The notes below the pieces were generated by a model. It saw only the letters and a program-made list of their open reading frames with translations, was not told the origin of the DNA and did not search any database. The translations under genes were made by a program, and so were the position numbers. A DNA stretch of 63,620 nt, the filler included, from Octopus bimaculoides (lineage: Eukaryota), in assembly GCF_001194135.2 (NCBI RefSeq). It is 8 parts of 7 records of this genome, joined end to end, with 100 filler letters (N's around TTAATTAATTAA, not from the genome) between each part and the next. Parts side by side here need not be neighbours in the genome. Positions count along the whole stretch, not along the records: positions 40,747 to 56,424 come from NC_068983.1; positions 56,525 to 63,620 come from NC_068988.1; 6 more parts are not named here. One strand, given 5' to 3'. This document shows positions 52,415-63,620 of the stretch, one piece after another (position 1 is the stretch's first letter; every line of letters begins with the position of its first letter).

Positions 52415-52972
52415 GCCCGGATGCAGTACCATGCAGTGGCTCTCATGGCTTCTGATCTTAATTGATTGGAAGTGTTATCATGTACATTGTTTTGTCTTGG
52501 TATAAAAAGATGGGCTACAGCAAATATTCTGCTAAGTAACACAGATTTGCTTGTCAGTTGTTTGACCTTAACCAGTTGAGCATGTCCCTTGGTGGCTGAT
52601 GATATGTGCATCTCTGATCATGAGCAGAAGTAGTGGGGGGGAGCATCATAGCCATGTGTTGAGAGGAATTCTTTTGGGTTTGAATAATTCACCTTTGGAA
52701 ACATGGGTGTTTTGCTCAACATCCTTAAACGAACCTTATTCAGGGACCTTTTGAGCGGGACGGTCTCCTCGACCTGAAGAAAATTCTAACTGGGCCCCCA
52801 CCAGCGAGGTCATGCGCTATTTATCTTGATATGAGATCACCATGTCGCGCACATATGGTTGTGATGCATGTGCCTAGTGTACCCTTATCAGACGGGTAGT
52901 CTTGATGGGTATACTGGGCTTAGTATATTTTACCCCAATGTCACTTTGATGGCATGCACTGCTCTCTCACTC

Positions 52973-52973
<1 letters not shown>
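52411..52973 (+). mobile_element. ~560-bp non-coding element with (TAA)n on both sides, apparently complete
   Basis: Bounded by TAA arrays at about 52367-52410 and 52973-53040; three partial copies elsewhere in the window; no long ORF. Confidence 0.75.
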
Positions 52974-53041
<68 letters not shown>

Positions 53042-53042
53042 T

Positions 53043-53216
53043 GTTTCTAATTTTGGCACAGGGCCAGCAATTTTAAGAGAGGTAAGTCGAGTACAGCAAT
53101 GCCAGTATTTTGTTGACACTTATTCTATCGACGTAATTTGAACTCAGCACGTAAAGACGGGCGAAATGCCAGGCATTTTACATGGCATGCAAACGATTCT
53201 GCCAGCCTACCGCCTT
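53043..53216 (-). mobile_element. SINE family 1
   Basis: ttttggcacagggccagc...tttgaactcag.acgtaaagacgg..gaaatgcc. Confidence 0.75.
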
Positions 53217-54774
53217 GATGATGATAACGAAGATGATGATATCATTATTTACAGGGACAGTTTAGACCTCGAGAAAGGTTTTACATAAAGATCCGGGGAA
53301 GAAATGGAAAGAAATGGGAGATGAGATAAAGCGTATACATTGTATACAAAATATGTGAGCATATGGTTGGTACAGAACCCCTGATATCGGAGGTCGTCCA
53401 CAGACTATGGATCACTCAGTTTTCCAAAGGCCCAAGCTCAAAAAATATCGGAAGGTTGGTCTTTATGAGGCGTAGCTGGATCTGTTATGCACTTGATAAC
53501 TGTTATTTTACATAAATGCAGAAAAGCGTTAATGCACCGACACTGGATGACATGCCTCTCAACATTTGTAAGATTCACAGCAATGGCTCCAGCGTAAAAC
53601 CATGCAGAATCGATTGTTCTATACTGATTCCCATTGACCCCAGATTTAGTACTAACCTGCTCGATGGAGTCACATGAAAATAAATTTGTCGTGAATAGAC
53701 ATATTATGGATCGGAAAAGCTTGTGCTTCTCCAATTAATTTATCGACGACTAGCACCAACGTTCTTGCTAGTACGATGACCGAAGTTTTTAACTGTGTAT
53801 TGAGCAACGGTGTGAATCCGAAGGTCGCTTGAAGCCTCACACATTCAGCTCCTACATCAAGAGTATCACGTCTCTTCCATTCTAACTACTTATAATGCTC
53901 TCAGTTTGCTACCAGTTGTAATAGACAACTGTAGATATAATGGCTACTAAGGTTAGCATGTAGCAATAAATTTCGTTGGGCACAATAAAATTCCTAAGGT
54001 ATGTTAAAATTCGTTTGACACATACTTGCGGTGATTTGCCATTCACATTCCGTTCAACGTATTATCCTCAATCTGATATACTTGAAAAGGTTTACCGTGG
54101 CACATATCTTTAGCTACTACATCTAACTGATCACGCAACGGCGTAGAGGTTTTTTCATTGGTCTGTTTAAGCAATGCTTATGGTATTGACGTGTACTTAA
54201 TTATATTCTATCAACGTCACTATCATTCAGTTAATTGTACCATAAGTAAGCGAATATTTTGCAGGTACTTGTACTTAACATTGGAGGTCGGTTAGCAGAG
54301 CATCGGATAGGCAATTTTCTAGAGTTGGTTCCAAATATTGTCGAGGTCATCTTTGCATCGTTCCAAAGCTGATGAATAAATTATCAATCAAGTGCTAAGA
54401 TCGATATCACCTTCTCTTTCACCCACATGCGCACACACAAAGACCTGCATACACACACACACACAGATCTGCATACACAAGCACACACTTACATACAGAG
54501 ACCTGCATACACACACACATATAAACTGTCAGAAATATATTGTGTTCAAGCCCAGAGAGGGATGGATTTTATCTGTCTTTAAAAGTCCAAGGCTCACCGT
54601 ATGTCCCGAAGGCACCTCAATGAACCTCTCAGGCAATTTAGTGCCCCCTAAACTAAAAGCCACACTTAACTTAATCATCAGGGGAAAATGTTGTGACGTA
54701 GTGTGTGGCAACACTGGTGCTATAAATAACAGGCGCAGTCTGTCAGACGAGCTCGTCCACTATTTTACATAGAA

Positions 54775-55012
54775 TGGTGCCTGTTTTAAGCCCTAGGACT
54801 CATAAGACAAGAGTTCAGCCTAGATTTCACAACATATAAGAGACTGAGGTTACAATACACCAACTCTTTAATGTGACGGTGGTCTCTCTAGGATTAACTT
54901 ACCACCTATTGCTGAAGTGCTTCACTCGAGAACGCAAATTACCACCCTGTCCAGGAATCGAAATCACAACCCTACGATCGTGAGAGCAAAATCATAGCCA
55001 CTAAGTCACAAA
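54775..55012 (-). mobile_element. tRNA-derived SINE (family 3 relative), degenerate
   Basis: ggaatcgaaa.cac.accctacgatcgtgagagc....atagccactaag is a tRNA-like head on the minus strand. Confidence 0.55.
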
Positions 55013-56106
55013 CCCTCATAGTTCATTGTTTCATTGTTGAATATCAACCTGATTTCACACACAAGCGTTCGGCTACAAACTAAGTCTGTTCTACAAGATA
55101 TTTGCCTAAGATTTTGTGACGTAAGATCGAAACCGAACTATTTAAGTATTTATATGTATACGTGATGCTAGTAAAAGAAATAAACAGCATAAGATATAAA
55201 CAATATCTTAACCTACCACCTCATATTTTCTCATATGCGACATTTTCTGCAGCCAGTGTTGCTGAGATATTTAATGTAATTATAAATTTATATGTTTAGT
55301 GTTAATTACTATCGAATCATTAACGCAATGTTAATTTATTGTATTAATCTTTCCGTAGAATTATCTTTTGGGTGGAGGAGCTAACCAATTTTGTAACGAA
55401 ATATGGCTAAGCTTGTGAGAACCATATTTTACGTTTATTAAACACATGAGTTATTATGTTTTATGCAAATATCATACACATCAGGTGATTCGATATGTAT
55501 CTAAACGTTTTTCTTCCATTTTGTTTCTTCTTCTTTTCATCACCTTATAACGTATCTATTATCTATTATGCTCGACTACATGTTAAATATTACGGTATTT
55601 AACAATGGCTTGCAACAATCAATAACATTGTTTATAAATCAAGTTATTTCACAGCTGCTTTCACCAAATACTTTATTCAGTTTTAAGAAATTCATTAAGT
55701 ATCTAATTGAACGTACTTGACGAATCTAGAGTAATTGGGCATGTATTTGGCGAGTTATCGCTTCCAAAATTCTTGAATGTATCCACTTCGTAGAGGAAAT
55801 CTCAACTAATTTTTCAAAAACAAAAAAAAAGTCTAACAACTCAATAAGAAATAGTGAAGTCATTAATAACCATGTATTTCTTAAAGAGCCTACTTTCAAC
55901 CGTGCGTAATATTGCGGAATATATTATTACTACGTATATTTCTCAATAGCGTTGCTTAGAAATATCCAAGCAAGAGGTAAACGGAATGGGTAAACATGGA
56001 AGCCAAGCCATAAACATAATTCGTTAAATTTGCATATGTTAGAACGTGATTTCTGTTAAATCAGAATTAATAACACGCACCTTACATTTTATATATATAT
56101 ACATAA

Positions 56107-56157
<51 letters not shown>

Positions 56158-56424
56158 CATACATACATACATACATACATACATACATACATACATACAT
56201 ACGTACGTACATACATATATACATACGTAGATAGGTTTCTTTATTAGCCACACAGGGCCCAACACAGAGGGGACAAAATACAAATGTAGAGTTTTTTCTT
56301 TTCGAGGGGGGCGAAGACAAAGCAGAAAAAAAAAACAAAAGTGGGGACAACGATGAAAAAAAAAACATCGCAAAACGTTTGGGGTATTTACAAAAAATAC
56401 GAAATAATACAGAAAATTCCCAAT

Positions 56425-56524
56425 NNNNNNNNNNNNNNNNNNNNNNNNNNNNNNNNNNNNNNNNNNNNTTAATTAATTAANNNNNNNNNNNNNNNNNNNN
56501 NNNNNNNNNNNNNNNNNNNNNNNN
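56425..56524. other. Artificial scaffold spacer 7
   Basis: TTAATTAATTAA at 56469-56480. Confidence 0.97.
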
Positions 56525-59049
56525 ATATATATATATATATATATATACTTATATTTATATATTTGATCCTTTATATTGAACACTCAATATTTCATCTACA
56601 TTCAGTACTTTATTTCATGGTGCCATCCATTTTTATTTTATTTTATTTTATATTATATATTGTATATTATATATATTCTCATATATATATCCATTTGCCA
56701 AACCATCCATCTATCCATGTAGCAGCACATTGAATCATGCGCTCATAAATAGGGACTCAGGAGGTGATATTGAGAGACAGAATGCAGCATAACATGAATG
56801 GTAAAACAAAAAAACATACTCATATAGTCTGAACTAATGAGAAAATAACAGATCTCAAATTTCGACCTTGAATACTTTTATTTCTCTGATTATTAGTGAA
56901 CGTGCTTATGTGATTAACTTGCCGTAGCCCTAATATTGAAACTTTTGGCCTTTCGATATTAAACCTAATACGGGCATGGATTTATTATACGTGCGCTTAT
57001 TGGAACTGTGAATATGTTTGAGACATTCCAGAAGTTCAAACTGAGATAATAAATATTAAGTATATTAAGTATGAACGTGCAAATATTGTACACACGGGGA
57101 TTCCAAATATACAGTTCTACATGTATAATTAAATCCTGGAATGCATGCAAATTTATATACCTGCGAAATTGTATCTATACATAAACAACTACTTTGTGTT
57201 GCAGAATTTTCAGTGCAAAAGACTTGGATTGTTAACTTTACTTTTTCTATTAGTCACAATTAATGTATATAAACCAGAACAACATGGTTCATAAGCCATT
57301 GACTATGACGTTGCTGCAGTATAAATTACAATGAAAATACTTTGTTTCTGGTGAGTAAACGATAAATCGTTTAATGTCGAAGTATTTTATATATAAAGCC
57401 TTCGAATTTGTCTATCTAAAAGTGGTTTTTTAAACCAATATTTGTTGCTATTATATATAGCTTTATGTGCATCAAGACCTGCCGTTCCAAAATAGATATA
57501 TATAACTACTAATTTAATGTACTATAAATTTTCAATGAGAGAATGACTTGCTACAGATTTTGCATCTTTCTATCTCTGAGAGAAATTGGAAAATTAAAAG
57601 CAGTTTATACTTACATATTCGTCTCAGTAAAACAATTGCATTCATACATTCAGGCTAGCAAACCTGTTTTACATACATAAATACATGCATACACAATGCA
57701 TACACAATGCATAATGTCACACATGCATCCACAATACATAATGAAATACTTGCATACACAAACTGCTAATACAAAATATGGATCAAAACAGGATGAAATC
57801 AACAATACGTCAACACCGTAAGAAAACAAAACATTTTGCCAAAAGTGAAATAGAATCAAAATACGAAATATTGGACCATACTTGTACGGTATTAACTGTG
57901 CATCAAAAAGTGAAAAGAACTAATTCGGAAAACTTGATGGGAAACCATTAAAATGTTGTCATACGTATATTTTCAGCACCCAATGCCTGGAAGAAGCAAT
58001 GTCTCACCTTTATATACATATATATACACGCATGCACGCACACACATATCTATGTATGTAAGCATCTATGGCTGGCTGGCTGGCTGGATGAATTGGTGTA
58101 TATGTTTCTGTGTGATCATATCCACCTTTCCACTTTCATGCGAACAGATTCATACATACGCACGCACGAACCCGTACACATGGATTTATGTGCATTGCTA
58201 TAAGAGCTCGCATAACATACATCCTCTGATTATTGACTTTCCATAAATATTTCTGAAGAAAAAATGCAAATGGTGTTTATATATATATATATATATATAT
58301 AAAGAAAAAACCCATTAACAATGTCACCTCCGATATCTCCACCAACTCCCCCATCGGCACCACCATCAACAACAACAATGACGACGTCGTCAATGATGAT
58401 GATGACGATGATGATGATTACAAGTCTGAGTTCGGCAATAACATTAGCAACAACAAAATTATTGTGTATTGAGAAATGAATTATTAGATAAATTCTTGGT
58501 AAAAGACCAAAACTCTTACTTAGGTGACAAAATTTAAATGGGGGGATTGCGAATTGACAGAAATATCTGAAATATGCCATTCTACAGTCAGATGTCGATA
58601 ATAAGTTGCAAAGTAACTTCTCTGTTCACTCTCAGTACAACTACAAATCATCATTATTATCGTTATAAGCATCGTTATCATGATTATCCGAGGTAGTAAC
58701 AGCAACGCGGCCACTGCTACCACCTCTCAAACGCCACGGTCGTTGTCGTCACCAATTTCATATTTGTCATCACCATCATGTTCATGATGATGATGATGAT
58801 GATGATGATGATAATGATGGTAAGACTTAGACGCAGTATTATAAGTTTACAGAACAACTTATGATGTTTGAATCTATGAGAGAACAGACATAACTCTTCG
58901 TTTCATTTAACTAGAATAAGTATATAGTATTTTGTTACACCGTGATCAACTGAAATCAAAAGGAATCACGAACGCAAGCACGTACAAATAGTTACTGCAT
59001 CAACATACAAATAGTTACAGCTTCAAGGTGCAAATAGTAATAGCTTCAA

Positions 59050-59432
59050 CGTTGTTGTTGGCACTCCGTCGCTTACGACGTCGAGGGTTCCAGTTGATCC
59101 GATCAATGGAACAGTCTGCTCGTGAAATTAACGTGCAAGTGGCTGAGCACTCCACAGACACGTGTACCCTTAACGTAGTTCTCGGGTATATTCAGCGTGA
59201 CACAGTGTGACAAGGCTGACGCTTTGAATTACAAACACAACAGAAACGGGAAGTAAGAGTGAGAGAAAGTTGTGGTGGAAGAGTTCAGCAGGGTTCACCA
59301 CCATCCCCTGCCGGAGCCTCGTGGAGCTTTAGGTATTTTCCTTCAATAAACACTCACAACGCCCGGTCTGAGAATCGAAACCGCGATCCTATGACTGTGA
59401 GTCCGCTACCCTAGTCACTGGGCCATTGCACC
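59050..59432 (-). mobile_element. tRNA-derived SINE, near full length
   Basis: Minus-strand head aatggcccagtgactagggtagcggactc..ggatcgcggtttcgattc with A and B boxes. Confidence 0.8.
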
Positions 59433-59587
59433 TACACATAGCTTCAACGTACAAATAGGTATAGCTTCAATGTACATAAAGTTATAGCTTCACAGCCAAA
59501 GGGATCCAATTGACAGATTGGTTATATATATATTTTTTCTGTTTGGATATTGAAATCAACGACGAAACAGCCCGTGTCATGGTAATA

Positions 59588-59740
59588 TTGATTTCAAATT
59601 TTGGCACAAGGCCAGCATATTCGGAGGATGACAAGCAAAGTCGACCTCAACTGATTTTGAACTCATAGCGTAAAAGACGAACGAAATGGCGCAAAGCATT
59701 TTGCCCGGCATACTAACGGTTCTGGCAGATCGCCTCTTGC
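59588..59740 (-). mobile_element. SINE family 1, internally deleted
   Basis: ttttggcacaaggccagc...gcaaagtcgacctc...tttgaactc. Confidence 0.7.
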
Positions 59741-62351
59741 TAATACTAATGACACCATTACTGAAAAAGTATTAGTCGCTTCAACAATTTCTTCTATTTA
59801 GTCATTTGAGTTTGTTACCATGTGTCTCCGGCAAAAAAAAGCTTCAACAATCATCTCAGTTACTTCTTGGGGTTAAATGAGGACTTAGAGCATTGTGCGA
59901 GACACACACAGACAGGGTTATCGTAGTAAATAAGTTGATAAAACTATTGTCGAGCTATAACATTGGTTAAGGTGTTGTTGTTGTGTAATACTAGTTGTGT
60001 TCTGATCAAATGCATTCAAGGTGACATTCATGTCTTCCAACATTCTTTTTGAAATTGATAAAAATAATTATCACTTGATATATTAAGGATATATATATAT
60101 AAATTCAGAAGAGTGGTACAACAAAGCACCACTATTTACTGGAAATTAGCAATCGATATAATTACGACGCTATTTTATAGCTTCACTGCGTATATACTGG
60201 CAAAAATATATAATTTCTTCCAGTACTTGCCAGATATGTATTTTAGCTACAGCTAATAGATGAAAGGAAGAATATACCAAGATTTGAACTCCCAGAAACT
60301 AAAAGAAATTAGATTAATATACGCTGAGAATACATTCCGTTATTTGCTTGTGTATGCCACTCTCAAAACTAAATCTTTTTACCAGGAAAGCCCTGAGAAA
60401 AGAAAGATGAAGACATGAACAGTAGTTAGTCACTAACAGATTAAGAACCTATATTTTATCTAAACGTTTATCAATTTTTAAAAATATTTTATAACTTTGA
60501 AGGACATTTAATGTCATGAAACTCAAATATTGTTATGATATTAAATATTTCCGGAAAAGTGTTAGTTCCTTCATCAAGCAATGAGGAGTCACATCTTGAG
60601 TTAAAAGACGTATAGTATGCAATAAAACCTTAAGCAAGTTGTTATAATATGATCGTAGGGATTATCTGACAAATGTTGGGTATATAAAAGAAAACTATAT
60701 ATATAATACTGTACGTCATGATTATAATATATATCAAAAATATGAAAATACAGGCAGTACTTAAATGACACAAAAAAGGTTTAAAGTCCGGATGTATTCG
60801 ACGGTTATTTCTATTTTAATGAAGACAGCTTAATAGAGATAGCTCATGGCCACACATTTGTTAGGGAGATTATAGTTGATTGCATCGATCTAGTAACTGA
60901 CAGTAAATTTATCAACCGTGAAAGAATGCATGTTAACATCAATCAAGACAGAAGTTTTACCGATAATTTGCAAATAGCAAATATGTCAGAAATAAATTTT
61001 AAATTATACTTTAGTATGCTAGAAACATTGTCCATGATTCAATAAGCAGAAATGTTTAAATGATCTACGCCTTTCTGGTATTAAACTCGATTGCATGAGA
61101 TCAAATTTCTATAGTGCTGATTTTCATTAAAATCATGGTCCGAATACGTTAAAAAGTTCCAATATTCTGATTGAGTCAGTCAACGAAATTCTTCTCATAT
61201 ATAATAAAAGAAAAACAGGTGTATAAAGTTGTGATAAATCAATATTATAAATATATTGCTTGTATACAAGTGAATGTACAGTGTACATGTTTATTGCTAT
61301 AACATGAAATCTATTGAAAGCCAATTGAGAAAAATTTGATGTTTCATTAGCAAACAAACATAGTGTTTTAACAAACAGTCGAATGCAAAATGTTCAAGAA
61401 ACAAAAATATAAACCTACAAAGAAATGATTAACCAGAAAAAAAAGAAAATATTAAAACAAACACAAAAAACGTAACTTACAACAAGCACCCCTGCTCACA
61501 TCCGAAAACAAAACTATTTAATAAAGAAAACACAATTTGAAGTAAAATAAATCGTAATAAAACAAACAGTACAAATACTTTTTACGCCTTGTATTAAGAT
61601 AAATATTATTCATTGTTATTTTGTAATTCTTACGTGAACCTGACAATTGCAAACATCATACGAGATATTTAACAAAATCAAAAACTTAAATATATATCTC
61701 GAAAAGATCTGTAGTTTTCAGAATAAAAGGAACTGATAAAAGGAAAGATAGGAAAACAATAACAACATCAACAGCATTTAAATGTTTTTGGACGGAAACC
61801 AAACAAAATTATAACGAGTTAAATACAATAGTTTAGACTTGAATTAAAAGAGAAAATATTTTCTATTGATTGAAACGAAATAAACAGGTTGTGAATTGGA
61901 AATTGACAATAGAGCTTTGATATAGACAATATATTGTTGTGTTCAAAATATACACACACACATGTATAGTAAATGTGTATAAATATGTGTAGGATTGCTA
62001 GCGCGCTTGTTAGTATGTATAATTTTGTGATTGTGTTTGTAGTGAGTTATTTGTGATTTATACGAGTAGGATTTTTTAAGGCATCGATATCTGAGAGTTA
62101 ATACAGTTTTTTTTTAGTGCGTGTATACACACAGAAACGCAAACACGCACACAGACAGACACACACACACACACACATATATATGTCATGGTATCCACCA
62201 GACTTTTCGGATGATGCTATGCATCACTGGTTACAATGCGCTTCGCATTGTTTTAGCTTTTGAATGAAAGTACCTTGCTCGCTAGGCGAGCAGCTGATAC
62301 ACACATTCAAACAAAAATGTGTGCATATGTGTGTGTGTAGATAGATAGCTC

Positions 62352-62394
<43 letters not shown>

Positions 62395-62753
62395 GTGTGA
62401 ATGCTTATTTTCTGAAGGCAAAGGCTTATATACATCCACTGCCGGTTGTATATCCTTCACTTCGTTCACACTCCATCTGCCAAAACTACAACAATCACGC
62501 AATTCGGAGCTTCCAGAGTCAGCTGTCGGACTTGATACACCATGTCCTCTCCACTTAGCTTTCTGTATTTTTTGTACTCCATGTAAATATATTTGGTAAT
62601 TACATAAATATCTATATGCTTATTGGTGAATGTTCATCATTCGAATATGTTCACTTACTGTTTCTGGCTGTATACTATTTCTCTCTCTATACACCCCTAT
62701 ACATATTTACAAGTAGATATGTTTATATATTTCATATATGAAAACCAGAAGTG

Positions 62754-62795
<42 letters not shown>

Positions 62796-63440
62796 CAAAT
62801 GAGGCAGCTAATTACCAGAGTTTCACCGAGAAGGAAAACAACTATGACTGAGAGAGTTAGAACACTTACATTGCTATAAATAGGAGTTAAATAGCTCTTA
62901 CATACACACATACATATATGCATACACATACACACACGCATACATACACACAGATACATACATACATACATACATACATACATGCATACATAAGTATCTC
63001 TGTGTTCCCGTGTGCTTCTGTTTATTTACAATATGTTCCTGAGAGTGTTTGCGCACGTGAACTGTGAGGAAGCAACATTTCCCAATCGGTACTTAAATTA
63101 TCACATGTGGTGATGTGCGAGTTTATTGTATGACGTTCTTAAACATATATTTAAATAACTGCTGTCGTTTACATTATGTTTTAATGGATTGAATGGATTG
63201 TAAAGAATACTTTAACATTGGGAACAATTAGCTGCTAACTTAAAATATACAGAAAGCAGATATTTACAAATACAAATTGAATCAGGCTATGAAATAAACT
63301 TAGGAGTAAATGTAGTTATCCGTTTGGATGATTTCTCCTTCCTATAATTTCTGCAAACACAAATACGTACGCTCAAGCATCCTTTTACATAGATCTAAGG
63401 GAGGATTGAAACAATGCAAAATATAATACAAGCAGCAAAG

Positions 63441-63472
<32 letters not shown>

Positions 63473-63620
63473 GCACACGCTCACATACGCGCGTGCACAC
63501 AAACATGTTCACACACTCACACACGCAGGTATATATATCCTTATATTAGCAATAATAAAAAGAAGGATTATTACCAAGTCGCATTGCATTACCTTTAATT
63601 CTTTATATATATATATATAT

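Noticed and set aside
57205-57350. Possible 5' exon ending ATGAAAATACTTTGTTTCTG|GTGAGT (MKILCF)
   Set aside because: Only six codons; no support beyond splice-like signals.

Overview
AT-rich, microsatellite-saturated animal genomic DNA. The SINE/LINE families look like those of Octopus, which is an inference from remembered repeat consensi and not a database hit. The window is not one contiguous molecule: seven artificial 100-nt spacers (44 N + TTAATTAATTAA + 44 N) split it into eight pieces whose order and orientation are not supported by sequence. Well-supported genic content is (i) three phase-compatible minus-strand exons (39518-39765, 37494-37671, 36309-36556) of a divergent polycystin-1-like (PKD1L/REJ-type) protein, covering the first channel-domain TM helix and the TOP domain, and (ii) a minus-strand reading frame open across the whole 29921-33892 piece (>1100 resolved codons, runs off both ends), built from several nested Ser/Arg/Pro/Tyr-rich tandem repeats that I cannot assign to any family. 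The rest is mostly TE debris: Penelope-like elements, two minimal hammerhead-ribozyme folds, RTE LINE fragments, several R4/Dong-like LINE 3' ends all sitting co-directionally in (TAA)n arrays together with a ~560-bp non-coding TAA-flanked element, Tc1/mariner remnants and several tRNA-derived SINE families. Most ORFs in the supplied track are microsatellite or N-gap artefacts.
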